Source: a virus. From it: 64,000 bases of DNA. Below, piece by piece: positions 32,769-42,242 of this stretch (within the stretch, counting starts at the first letter, position 1; the number at the start of each line of letters is the position of its first letter). The stretch lies in UHGV virus genome UHGV-0010228; one strand, given 5' to 3'. The notes below the pieces were generated by a model. That model saw only the letters and a program-made list of their open reading frames with translations, had not been told where the DNA came from and ran no database searches. Position numbers and translations under genes: made by a program.

Positions 32769-33968
32769 ATGAATATAAACACTGATCAAATGAATTCACA
32801 TTTGATAAATGAATTGGATCGATATCATGTATTTGATGATCCAAGATCAAGAGCAGTTCCATCTGGTTTCATTTATAAATATGCCCCTTATATGATAATG
32901 AGTGATAACTTTAAATCAGTTAAAGATGTATTATCGAGATTTTATCAACCAGCTAATATCTTTTTAATAAATTCTAAGTTTTTTAAAACTAAAGGAACTT
33001 GTAAAGATGTGAAAGATTCTATTCGTAATATTGTAAAAGAATCATGCGATATTAAAGATCCATCTTTTAAAGATATTATATCTGAAAAAGCAAAAACACT
33101 AATAGATTATCTTAGAACTTATCAGAAAGATAACAATCTTATGGAAAGTGCTATGGTTAATATGTCTCCAATAGTACCTTATGATAGTGCAACTATAAAG
33201 AAAGCGCCATTTGATGAAGGTGCATCATTTAGAGAAACATCAGTTCCATCTCTATCATACATAAATAAGCTCAAGTCTGAATTGAAGGCTAATCCTAACA
33301 TTGAAGATAATATTCGTAGACATATGCATGGAGGCTTATATAGTATACTCCAAAATGCACCAATATTTACTTCAATCTTTAATAATAATTTAGAATTATT
33401 GAAAGATAGAGGAGAAGATATGTATGATGCAATTGCATATTATTTTATGGCAAATCTTCTTCATTTCAATATTCCAACTGAAAAAGCTTTATCATTTTTA
33501 GATTATGCAGCAAAATTATCAAGTGGTAATATCACTGCACAAGAAATGACTGAGCTAACTACTCTGATGGATCCAGATTCATATTATGATATTGATATGG
33601 CAACAGAATATTGGCAAAATATGACCACAACGGAATTAGATGGCGAAAAAATTGATGAGCTTATAAGTACATCATTATATAGTGAATCTAAACCATCATA
33701 TGATATTCAGATATTACTGTCATATATATATAATCATACATATATGATATGTGATGAATATACGAATAATACATTTATGGATATGATCGCTAATAAAGCA
33801 ACCGTAACAAATGTATCTTATTATGATAAAGATATAATGAGTTGTGAAATAAATGGAAAATATACCGTTATTCCTTATTTAGATCTATCTAAAGATTATA
33901 AGATGGGAATGCTATGTATGAATAAAGATGGTGAAGTTGAACTGAAAAATGATTTTAATTTTGAGTAG
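32769..33968 (+). CDS. hypothetical protein
   Basis: 399 aa, AAAGGAGG RBS. Confidence 0.55.
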   Translation: MNINTDQMNSHLINELDRYHVFDDPRSRAVPSGFIYKYAPYMIMSDNFKSVKDVLSRFYQPANIFLINSKFFKTKGTCKDVKDSIRNIVKESCDIKDPSFKDIISEKAKTLIDYLRTYQKDNNLMESAMVNMSPIVPYDSATIKKAPFDEGASFRETSVPSLSYINKLKSELKANPNIEDNIRRHMHGGLYSILQNAPIFTSIFNNNLELLKDRGEDMYDAIAYYFMANLLHFNIPTEKALSFLDYAAKLSSGNITAQEMTELTTLMDPDSYYDIDMATEYWQNMTTTELDGEKIDELISTSLYSESKPSYDIQILLSYIYNHTYMICDEYTNNTFMDMIANKATVTNVSYYDKDIMSCEINGKYTVIPYLDLSKDYKMGMLCMNKDGEVELKNDFNFE

Positions 33969-33997
33969 TAATGACCTATATTACAATATAGAAATTT

Positions 33998-34040
33998 AAA
34001 TACCTGATAGCTTTTATTATAGCTATCAGGTATTTAAATA
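33998..34040 (+). terminator. rho-independent terminator
   Basis: atacctgatagcttttattatagctatcaggtat. Confidence 0.7.
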
Positions 34041-34343
34041 TTATACTTTATGTGTAGAAATGAGAAGCAATAATGGGGTAATGATAGACCAAAAAAAAAA
34101 ACAAAGGATAACATGAAAGTAGGTTTGTCATACATAGCATACAGCAATGGAGTAGTTGAAACGTAGCTATTTTTAACACCGGATTAGTAAACCTTTAACG
34201 GGGAGTAAAAGGTTTTATTGTGAGACTTTTTTGTACTTTCTCTATTAGAATGATCTATCATTCCTTCCCATTATATTATGTGTTATATCTGGAATATAAA
34301 AACACACAGATAAATTTTTACTAGTTTGAAAGGAGGAGCTGAA

Positions 34344-35815
34344 ATGATTGATATTAGTATGGAAGCGGTTATTAATCCTGAACCAGAAGATGGATCAGAA
34401 CCAATTCCTATGCAAATTGAATTAATAACTGATGCTATGATCACTAAAGCTAAATTAAAACCGGTTACTAATCCGATCTCATTTGTTCGTGGATCAGAAC
34501 CAACTCCTGATGGAATATTTTCAGAAGAAATATTTGGTAGTGATACCGCTAGTAGATCTAGACAGTTTGCATATATAGATCTACATCAGAAATTTTTCCA
34601 ACCATATGTATATGAAGTAATAAAAACCCTTGATCGTAAAATCGATAAGGTTGCATCTGGTAAAGGATATTGGCACATCAATGGTAGAGGTGAATTGATT
34701 GAGATTAAAGATCCGAAAGATTCACGATATGATGAGATGGCTACTGGATTAAATTGGGTTATTGAAAATTTTGATAAGATTAAATTTAAGACATCAGATG
34801 CAATAACTCGACAGGATAAACTTAGGTTCCTTAAGAATATTTCGGATGAAGAAAAGTTTGTATCTAAATGGATCGTTATACCAGTTACTTATAGAAATTT
34901 TATTGAAAAGAATGGTAGAATGGCAGTAACTGATATAGATGATATTTATACAAAATTAATATCCTATACCAATGGTATAGGTAATGATCCATTTGATTAC
35001 ATGAATAATCAATTATTATATAATATCCAGATGGAATTAGTAAAACTCCGTAAGTTAGGCGGAGATCTTATTAGAGGTAAGCATGGTTTTATGCATAAAG
35101 CTATGCTAGGTAAATCTACAGATTTAGGAGTCAGAGATGTTATATCTCAGATGTCTCTAAATCATTGTGAACGTCCGGAGGATAATCCTGTGGATATATT
35201 TCATAGTGGAGTACCATTAAGTAAATGCCTAGTATTAGGATATAACTTTATACTGAAATGGTGCTTAGATTTCTTCGAAAATAATTTCAAAGATAAAAAA
35301 GAACTTATAGTTTTTAAAGAAAAAGATGGTGTAAGAACTGAAAAACAAAAAATACCTATAAAGGATCAAACTATAATTTATACTAAATCGTTTTTAGATA
35401 AAAAGATTAAGCAATATCAGAACACACCAGCTATAAGATTCGATCCTATCGTGTTATATACAATAGATGGGAATGAACTCCCATTAACATTTGTAGGGTC
35501 ATTCGGTTCTATTAATAGTAGGGATATTGATGCAGCATCAATATCTAGAAGAAATATGACATGGACAGATTTGTTTTATATGGCTGCAATGGATACAATT
35601 TCGGATAAATATATATATTCAACTAGATTCCCAATAACGAGTTATAGTTCAATATTTCCGTCACTTTGTACTCCATTAACAACTATAAAAACGATACCTG
35701 CAATAATAAATAATCGAGTATATCCGAATTATCCATATGTAGAATTAGATATTGATAAAGGTGATATAGTTACTAGATTTATAGATACATTATGCATCAG
35801 TGATTTATTCCTTGA
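34344..35815 (+). CDS. multisubunit RNA polymerase beta-prime homologue, N-terminal half, exon 1 (ends inside catalytic DxDGD motif)
   Basis: ATG 34344 after AAGGAGGAG (track start 34326 is TTG); DGIFSEEIFGS ~ beta-prime DGLFCxRIFGP; QFAYIDLHQKFFQPYVY ~ RMGHIELAAPVAHIWF; MLGKSTDLGVRDVI ~ LLGKRVDYSGRSVI; TRFPITSYSSIFP ~ NRAPTLHRLGIQAFEP; homology stops at ...CISDLFLD. Confidence 0.8.
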
Positions 35816-36217
35816 TGCAATAGGCGGCGACTGGACTGCCATCATGGTCGCCTACAGTAGTAATACTGTACAAGAAAAGTCAGGTGAACTCCTAACCAGA
35901 GGTGTCTATCAGATGATAGGCTAACGGTCGAAGTTAGATAAGTATGTATACATATCCTAGCCAGATATGGTCCTGTTATATTATAACAGTATATAACGAA
36001 TACGCTTCTTAAGAGAGTCTAAGGTCCAGTTTATATTGGATAGCTTTGAGAATACCGTGCCAAGACTTGATATTATTCAAGTAAGGTGTAGAGACTAATA
36101 GTAGAATATGAGATGGAAAAGCTCATATACGAAGTGCCAGACCACCCCCACTATTTTATATAATAGAGGGTGAATGAGATAGTCCACATAGAGTTTTCTC
36201 TCGAGAATCCTCGAAAG
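35816..36217 (+). ncRNA. group I self-splicing intron (ORF-less, 402 nt) inside the beta-prime gene; boundaries +/- a few nt
   Basis: GC-richer segment with in-frame stop (35922); matches to group I core elements R (GAGACTA, 36091-36097) and S (GATAGTCC, 36178-36185) able to form P7, P8-like hairpin atatgag...ctcatat between them; ends in G36217; flanking exons are collinear with beta-prime. Confidence 0.75.
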
Positions 36218-36395
36218 TAATGACGGCGATACGATGAGTAGTAAGTTAGTTTTTTCATTAGAAGCTAATGAAGAAGCTAGGGCACTTGCTGAATCATTAT
36301 CTAATTTTGTATCAGCAGACGGATCGTTAATTAGGAATGTAAAAAATGAAGCTTTCTTATGTTTCTATAATATGACCAGAACTGATAGAGCATAG
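36218..36395 (+). CDS. RNA polymerase beta-prime homologue, exon 2 (restores DxDGD and following conserved segment)
   Basis: same frame as exon 1; (D)NDGDTMSSKLVFSLEANEEARALAESLSNFVSADGSLIRNVKNEAFLCFYNMTR ~ E. coli beta-prime (NADF)[54 protein letters not shown]; spliced product reads LFLD-NDGD. Confidence 0.7.
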
Positions 36396-36404
36396 GAGGT
36401 TAAT

Positions 36405-36824
36405 ATGCATAATGATATTGAAGCTATGGAAGGGCTTATTAAAAAATTTAAAGAAAATAAGCAAATCCTTAAAGAGGCAAGAAAATATTATCGCAATAAA
36501 AATGATAAAACGATAATAAAAATGTTTATAGATGCCAATGGTGGACCAGATAATTATAATAAAACTCCACAGAAAATAATAAAAGCCTCAATTAGAAATC
36601 AATATATTATTGGTGGGGCAATGATTGCTGTTGCTGGAGCTGGAACGATGTTTATTTCTGATGTTGACTTTATTGACGTGTCCGGAATACCTGTGGGTGT
36701 TTTTATCTATGCATCACAAAAATTCTATTATCTAGTTCCTATTCGTGAGGGTAAGCGCGATAAAGCTAGATCATATACTCGAGATTCTATGATTACTTTT
36801 TTATATAATCATATGAATAATTAA
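36405..36824 (+). CDS. hypothetical protein, MEGLI-leader family member (MHNDIEAMEGLIKK)
   Basis: TAGGAGG RBS; N-terminus shares xDIxxMEGLI(S/K)K with 54911 and 55457; internal hydrophobic stretch. Confidence 0.55.
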   Translation: MHNDIEAMEGLIKKFKENKQILKEARKYYRNKNDKTIIKMFIDANGGPDNYNKTPQKIIKASIRNQYIIGGAMIAVAGAGTMFISDVDFIDVSGIPVGVFIYASQKFYYLVPIREGKRDKARSYTRDSMITFLYNHMNN

Positions 36825-36858
36825 AATCATATTTATTTCTGAACTATATATTATTGAT

Positions 36859-37242
36859 ATGGAAAGGAAAAATAAAATGGATCAGCCTAAATACAATAAA
36901 CAGCAGTTTGATGCATTTATTAGAAGTATGGGAGAATCATTATATAAAGAAGGATTAAGTTATAATGATATCCAGGGAAATTCTGATGCACAAAACTTTA
37001 TAAAGAATTATGTTGAAGATATATTATCTGCAGATAATATAGCTAAAGATGCTATATTAGGATATGTAAGAAAATTATCTATAATGAAAGTTGATGTTTC
37101 TAAGATAGATATAAGAGAATATCCTGTAATAAATAAGTATAAAGGTCATTATTTAGAAGACAGTACATATTTTAAGAAGACTGAAACTGGATATGAAGCT
37201 GTTGTACTTCCTGTTACAACATCAACTATAATATTACCTTAA
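36859..37242 (+). CDS. hypothetical protein (true start may be second Met at 36877 after AAAGGAAAA)
   Basis: 127 aa ORF followed by terminator. Confidence 0.5.
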   Translation: MERKNKMDQPKYNKQQFDAFIRSMGESLYKEGLSYNDIQGNSDAQNFIKNYVEDILSADNIAKDAILGYVRKLSIMKVDVSKIDIREYPVINKYKGHYLEDSTYFKKTETGYEAVVLPVTTSTIILP

Positions 37243-37253
37243 TACGAGTATAT

Positions 37254-37296
37254 AAACTCATTGTAGGAAATCACATCCTACAATGAGTTTATTTTA
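37254..37296 (+). terminator. rho-independent terminator
   Basis: aaactcattgtaggaaatcacatcctacaatgagttt + T-run. Confidence 0.7.
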
Positions 37297-37409
37297 AATA
37301 GATTTTAATTTTATCAATCTGATATATGATTGTATTGTAGCCCATTATTCATATATCGGTTCACATAGATATTCGTTATTTCTACACTTACTAAAAGAGA
37401 GGTGCAAGA

Positions 37410-38237
37410 ATGAAAGAAATTATTACATTACTTAAATCAGCACGACGAACTGTGGTTTCTGCCATCGTAGTTAGTTGCATCATATTATCATCAGTTGGTA
37501 TCAGTTACAGTGCAGATACGGTTGATAATAATGAACAGACTAATCCTGAGATTAACACTATAGAGTGCAGCGGTATGGTGAATATTGCTAAGGCAATACA
37601 TTCAGCATCATCCTGTTATAGGGACATCTTAGTTTCAGCTAAGAATGACCTTAAAAAGCAGGCTATAGCTACTGATGAGCAGAAACAGGCAGAAAGGGGA
37701 CTGCCAGAGAGGACTGTAGTTATTCATGAGCTGGAAGCTGATGAATGTGATCTGGAACCTGCAGTTGAAGAAGAGCCAGCACCAGTTGTAGTTATTAATA
37801 CAACAGATATCACTAAACCTTCAGGTTTAACAGCTGACCAGTTAAATACTCTAATAAATAACGTTTTAACTAAGATGGGGAAGAAGAGTTCTCAGTTATA
37901 TAATCAGGGGCAAGCATTATATAATATGGAACAAAATCATGGCACTAATGCATTATTAGCATTAGCAGTTGCATCGTGGGAGTCAGGTTGGGGAACTTCC
38001 AAAGTTGCTTGGAATAAGAATAATCTATTCGGGATTTATGGCAAAGGAACCAGTAGATCGTTTAGTACAGTAGGGGAATGTATAGATTATTTTGGAAAAC
38101 TTATGGCAACTAAATACTTCCCAAAAGGACGTACATCAATTTCTTCTATAGGAAAGATATATTGTACTACTCCTACATGGGCAAGTAAAATACAATATAC
38201 TTATTCAGTATATAAAGATGCTGTTAATTATATATAA
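37410..38237 (+). CDS. peptidoglycan hydrolase, N-acetylglucosaminidase (FlgJ/AcmA glucosaminidase family) with N-terminal signal peptide
   Basis: LALAVASWESGWGTSKVAWNKNNLFGIYG matches the glucosaminidase ALLESGWG...NNLFGIK core; N-terminus MKEIITLLKSARRTVVSAIVVSCIILSSVGISYSA looks like a Sec signal/signal-anchor. Confidence 0.75.
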   Translation: MKEIITLLKSARRTVVSAIVVSCIILSSVGISYSADTVDNNEQTNPEINTIECSGMVNIAKAIHSASSCYRDILVSAKNDLKKQAIATDEQKQAERGLPERTVVIHELEADECDLEPAVEEEPAPVVVINTTDITKPSGLTADQLNTLINNVLTKMGKKSSQLYNQGQALYNMEQNHGTNALLALAVASWESGWGTSKVAWNKNNLFGIYGKGTSRSFSTVGECIDYFGKLMATKYFPKGRTSISSIGKIYCTTPTWASKIQYTYSVYKDAVNYI

Positions 38238-38326
38238 ATCTAATATTTCGTAAAAAATAATATAATCAATATATTATTTTCGTGAAGTTATTACTCTAAT
38301 ATAAATCAAGAAAAAGGAGAATTAAA

Positions 38327-38971
38327 ATGTCAAACGAAAAGGATAACGGCGATATCTTAAAGGATATGGTAACACCAGTTACATTTAATATCTTAGGAAA
38401 ATCACCATCAATGGCGGTTTGGGAAGTGCCAACCGACATGTTAGAAAAGAAAATTCTGGAACTTTGTAAAGAAGAACTCCCAGAAGCACAGTTTGTATCT
38501 TTCTACATAGATAGAAAGGGTTATGTAACTTGTGCTGTTTGGATGTCTGGCTCATGCAGACATTTCATTAACAAGTCAACAGTTAATACAGTTCTTGGTC
38601 AGCCATTACGTGAGTATTCTAATGAATTAAAACAGTTTGTATCAAAATTTGGTGATAATAACGGTAATGGTAATAAGGCCACTATTGGTAATTGTATTGT
38701 ATATCCACGAGATGATAATAGAGATCTTGTAGGTATAAGAATCAGATCAATAAAGTTTATTGATTTATTATTTGATAGAAGCGGAGAGGGATATAATAAC
38801 GCTTTTAATGAAACTAGAAAGATCACTAAGATTATTGAAGCAATTCCTCATGCAAGATCATATAAGGATAATCCATATGACTCAATTGAATTCTTCGAAA
38901 TTCGAGTTCGTGAAAAGAGTCCAGGACGTGTAGGTAAAGCACCTAGAGCGATCAGAAATGGAAAGTTTTAA
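38327..38971 (+). CDS. hypothetical protein
   Basis: 214 aa, AAAGGAGAA RBS. Confidence 0.5.
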   Translation: MSNEKDNGDILKDMVTPVTFNILGKSPSMAVWEVPTDMLEKKILELCKEELPEAQFVSFYIDRKGYVTCAVWMSGSCRHFINKSTVNTVLGQPLREYSNELKQFVSKFGDNNGNGNKATIGNCIVYPRDDNRDLVGIRIRSIKFIDLLFDRSGEGYNNAFNETRKITKIIEAIPHARSYKDNPYDSIEFFEIRVREKSPGRVGKAPRAIRNGKF

Positions 38972-38988
38972 GTTTAATTAATGTATTG

Positions 38989-39035
38989 AATGAGGAAATA
39001 GTACATCATTTCCTCATTCATCTTTTATTTTTATA
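38989..39035 (+). terminator. rho-independent terminator
   Basis: gaatgaggaaatagtacatcatttcctcattc + T-run. Confidence 0.7.
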
Positions 39036-39049
39036 GGAGGATCTATAAT

Positions 39050-39589
39050 ATGGACTTTACAAAAGGAAAATCAACAATAGTTGATGTTAAGGATATAAAA
39101 CATGCTAATTTGTGTGATGGATTTCCAAGAGTTATTAATTTACCAATGGATGAATTCTTGATATATAATAAAGATGCTAAAATAATCGGTGATCTATCAG
39201 ATGGTGATCATAGCTTCAGCGAATTATATCACCATAGAGCATTACTATTTTCAATAATATGTAAACTTATATCAATGATAGATGATAATATATGCTGGAA
39301 ATCTAAAAACCACTATGATGGGTCAATGTATGATGGATATTTCATTGTTGGTATTGGTGGGTTAGGAGATCCGATATTTGGAGATAAATATTTTTCATAT
39401 CATTATTCAATAGATGATTGGGATTCATTCCGAGTTAAAGAACTTAGAAATGCTCCGAAATATACTAAAGAAAATGATATAGATATTGATCATTTATCTG
39501 AATATATTAGTAAAGTTATATCTAATAATAATGGTATTGATAATGTAAAACGCCTCAAAGATTTTCCACTATCACCATTATTGAAATAG
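39050..39589 (+). CDS. hypothetical protein
   Basis: 179 aa, TAGGAGG RBS. Confidence 0.5.
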   Translation: MDFTKGKSTIVDVKDIKHANLCDGFPRVINLPMDEFLIYNKDAKIIGDLSDGDHSFSELYHHRALLFSIICKLISMIDDNICWKSKNHYDGSMYDGYFIVGIGGLGDPIFGDKYFSYHYSIDDWDSFRVKELRNAPKYTKENDIDIDHLSEYISKVISNNNGIDNVKRLKDFPLSPLLK

Positions 39590-39605
39590 ATTGGAGAATT
39601 AAACT

Positions 39606-39878
39606 GTGATAAAATATTTTTCTCATTGGAGTACAATATTCAGTACATTTGTAATAATATGCATAGCACTATTAGCTTTCTGGGTATTATTTAAGATAAT
39701 AAGGGAGAGTTATAATAGATATGTATTATATAAGAAAGAATTTCCTTTAAAATTTGCACGAAAGCAATTATTTACATTAATACATGACATATTAATGTCT
39801 CTAGTAGCAATTATATGTTTATCATTCTTTACTGGAATGACTATTTATAATTGCTTAGTTGAGATATTTGGAGGATAA
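39606..39878 (+). CDS. small two-TM membrane protein (candidate holin/antiholin); GTG start
   Basis: 90 aa; hydrophobic segments IFSTFVIICIALLAFWVLF and MSLVAIICLSFFTGMTIY; GGAG RBS. Confidence 0.45.
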   Translation: MIKYFSHWSTIFSTFVIICIALLAFWVLFKIIRESYNRYVLYKKEFPLKFARKQLFTLIHDILMSLVAIICLSFFTGMTIYNCLVEIFGG

Positions 39879-39883
39879 CATAT

Positions 39884-40087
39884 ATGATTTTTACATTCAT
39901 TTCAAAATTATTAATTTTCGCAATGATGTGTATATTGACGATGATTAGTGTCTATTATATGTTTATAATATATGCTGATTGGGATGAATATGAAGATTCA
40001 ATGATATTGATGTATATTAAAATTGTGGGAGTATTTTTAATAACGATTGCTATACAAGTCTTCCTAGGAAGATATCTATTATCATAA
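39884..40087 (+). CDS. small two-TM membrane protein (candidate holin)
   Basis: 67 aa; LLIFAMMCILTMISVYYMFIIY and IVGVFLITIAIQVFLG; GGAGGATAA RBS; 5 nt after previous gene. Confidence 0.45.
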   Translation: MIFTFISKLLIFAMMCILTMISVYYMFIIYADWDEYEDSMILMYIKIVGVFLITIAIQVFLGRYLLS

Positions 40088-40097
40088 GAGGGAAAAT

Positions 40098-41171
40098 ATG
40101 GACATACATTTCAATGGATATAAAGTTAAATATCCTTTCTTAAATTATGGTATGCAGAGTATTCGGCAATCACAAAATATAAGGTCAATAAATATATTTA
40201 TTGACCTTGATGATTTATTCCACACTTTGCACAGACCATTAATTAATAACGAATTTCAAGTTGCTGGTAAGAATGCTAGTAAGCAGTTTGTATCTAATAT
40301 ATTTAATATTGCTGGTCACTATAGAAATTGGGCAATTAAAGAACATCTAATCCCAACAGTATGGCTATTTTATACATCATCTAAAAAGACATTTAAAAAT
40401 TCTCTATATGTACCATCATATAGAGAAAGATTTTTAGATATCAATTCGGATCTTAATACAAATACGTATTATATTAATGCTGCAATAAAAGAATCGTATA
40501 GTATAATGCATGTTATATCAAAATATATACCAGGAGTATATATTATAGACTCTAAATACTTAGAACCAAGTATAATCCCTAATGTAATAGTTAATTTAGG
40601 ACATAATAAAGATTGGAATCTTGTAGTATCCAGAGATATCTATATGCTACAATATTCATATATGGATAAAACAACTATGGTATCACCTAAGGGTGATAAT
40701 TCTATATTTATAAATAAAGGAAATTTATGGGATTATATAATTGGTAGAGAAAGAGTTTATAAAGATGATATTCCACATATATATTACAATCCAGAATTAT
40801 TTATATATGCAAAAGCTCTTATTGGAGATAAATATAGATCAATCCCAAGATTAAAGAAAATAGGATGGAAAACCTTATTTAATTATCTAAATAAAGCTAT
40901 AGAAGATTCTGAAATCCCTTTAGATCTACAAATAGAGAAACTTGTAGATTTATTAAACTCTAAGAAAGTAAATATAGAAGAATATAATTCAAATTTATAT
41001 TGCAGCAATGTTGAATTACAAACTGATAGTTTATTAGAATCAGATAAGAATATTATATTAGATCAGATTGAAGATATGGAGGATTATATCGCACTGAATA
41101 ATGTGAATAATTCTATATTTACAAGATTTCCAATTAATCTAAATTTCTTGTGTAATAAGGTGGTGATATAA
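40098..41171 (+). CDS. hypothetical protein; weak resemblance to T4 RNase H / FEN-type 5'-3' exonuclease
   Basis: INIFIDLDDLFH resembles the N-terminal acidic FEN motif (T4 RNase H CLIDFSQIAL); VVSRDIYMLQY resembles IISSDGDFTQL; similarity is weak. Confidence 0.3.
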   Translation: MDIHFNGYKVKYPFLNYGMQSIRQSQNIRSINIFIDLDDLFHTLHRPLINNEFQVAGKNASKQFVSNIFNIAGHYRNWAIKEHLIPTVWLFYTSSKKTFKNSLYVPSYRERFLDINSDLNTNTYYINAAIKESYSIMHVISKYIPGVYIIDSKYLEPSIIPNVIVNLGHNKDWNLVVSRDIYMLQYSYMDKTTMVSPKGDNSIFINKGNLWDYIIGRERVYKDDIPHIYYNPELFIYAKALIGDKYRSIPRLKKIGWKTLFNYLNKAIEDSEIPLDLQIEKLVDLLNSKKVNIEEYNSNLYCSNVELQTDSLLESDKNIILDQIEDMEDYIALNNVNNSIFTRFPINLNFLCNKVVI

Positions 41172-41216
41172 TTATGGAAATAATATTTATTGGGATCGGA
41201 GTTTTATTTTGTATAG

Positions 41217-41690
41217 GTGTTATTATGCACGATTGGTTTAAGAAGTGATGGGGGATGTAAAAGCGTGTTTGAAATTTTATTTACATTGGTCGCATTCATT
41301 ATATTATTCATGATTTATGTTATCATCTTTAACATATGTGATGATTATAAAAGCTATATAAAATTGCGAAATAATAAGATAAATCCAAAATCAACATCAT
41401 ATGATATACGTATCATTGATGAGAATATTGTAATAATGCAATATAAGTCTATTAAGTCAATTATTAATCAACATAAGAATATGATATATATTGATGATAA
41501 TTTTATAAGGGTTATAGATGAAAATAAACCACTTAAAGCATCATTTATTCTAATTCCTAAAAATTATCTGGGGTGGATACGGTATAATTGCTTTATACAT
41601 AAAAATAAACATGCATTAAATATAATTAATATACACAATATGCGAGATCTTAATAATATGCTTAATAAAATAAATAACGAAGAGCTTTAA
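41217..41690 (+). CDS. hypothetical membrane-anchored protein (start uncertain; likely GTG at ~41266 after GGGGGATG RBS)
   Basis: track start GTG; hydrophobic N-terminus FEILFTLVAFIILFMIYVIIF. Confidence 0.45.
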   Translation: MLLCTIGLRSDGGCKSVFEILFTLVAFIILFMIYVIIFNICDDYKSYIKLRNNKINPKSTSYDIRIIDENIVIMQYKSIKSIINQHKNMIYIDDNFIRVIDENKPLKASFILIPKNYLGWIRYNCFIHKNKHALNIINIHNMRDLNNMLNKINNEEL

Positions 41691-41706
41691 AGCTCTTCGT
41701 TATTTT
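41680..41706. terminator. bidirectional stem-loop between convergent genes
   Basis: aacgaagagctttaaagctcttcgtt. Confidence 0.65.
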
Positions 41707-42115
41707 CAGTTTCTTTTTTAGATAATTCTTCCGCTTCTAATTCCGCATAGAATTCTCTTTCCTCATCAGTTAATCCATCATCTTCCTGAAGATTATTATA
41801 GATATCACTAGGGGTAGAATTTTCCACTGTTATTTCTACTCCGGGATCTTCTTCTGGAATTACAGGATTTTCAACCATATTTGCAATAATATCGTCATCA
41901 TCACCCCATCTATTCTTATCTGCTAAGGTATGAATATCAATAGGCATCGATCTTCCAGTGTATGGATCATATTCAACTAAATTTAATCCACGCATAAGCA
42001 TACTCATTGCCGTTTTATGGTGAACTTTTATAGGCTGATATACTGGGCCATCCATCACCAATTCAGGTATGTATGTTTTAGTATCAGTAGTTATCAATAC
42101 AAACTCGTGTTTCAT
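41687..42115 (-). CDS. hypothetical protein with acidic C-terminal tail
   Basis: 142 aa, AGGAGGTAT RBS on minus strand. Confidence 0.5.
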   Translation of the reverse strand: MKHEFVLITTDTKTYIPELVMDGPVYQPIKVHHKTAMSMLMRGLNLVEYDPYTGRSMPIDIHTLADKNRWGDDDDIIANMVENPVIPEEDPGVEITVENSTPSDIYNNLQEDDGLTDEEREFYAELEAEELSKKETENNEEL

Positions 42116-42160
42116 TTTTAATATACCTCCTTGAGGGAATAATTACACTGATGTTTTATC

Positions 42161-42228
42161 GTAATTTCTTTTTTTTTTATTAGTATATTATTAAAGTGAA
42201 TAAATACAACTCATATAGTATATAATAT
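42161..42228 (+). promoter_or_regulatory. repeated promoter/leader block, copy 1 (second copy at 43565-43630)
   Basis: gtaatttc-T(n)-ATTAGTATATTATTAAAGTGAATAAATACAACTCATATAGTATA nearly identical in both copies, each followed by AAGGAGG and an ORF starting MRNIE. Confidence 0.5.
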
Positions 42229-42242
42229 AAGGAGGTAATACT

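Noticed and set aside
32769-33968. STSLYSES resembling family B polymerase motif A (DxxSLYPS) as the missing polymerase N-terminal part
   Set aside because: The catalytic Asp position is Ile, and no exonuclease motifs are visible. It is probably a chance resemblance.
34041-34330. 290-nt intergenic region with slightly elevated GC and a hairpin (aaacctttaacggggagtaaaaggttt), considered as an sRNA or second intron
   Set aside because: No conserved group I elements. There is no interrupted ORF on either side, since upstream gene 32769..33968 ends cleanly in a terminator and the beta-prime gene begins with its own RBS. It is most simply a promoter region.
35816-36217. Considered intein or translational bypass (T4 gene 60-like hop) instead of an intron
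   Set aside because: In-frame stop codons and the lack of intein splicing motifs exclude an intein. 402 nt is far longer than known bypass gaps, and group I R/S core elements are present.
36234-36395. 53-codon ORF initially considered an independent small gene
   Set aside because: It is in the same frame as, and collinear in homology with, the beta-prime gene upstream (LEANEEARAL...YNMTR), and the homology begins 5 codons before its ATG. It is reinterpreted as exon 2 after the intron.
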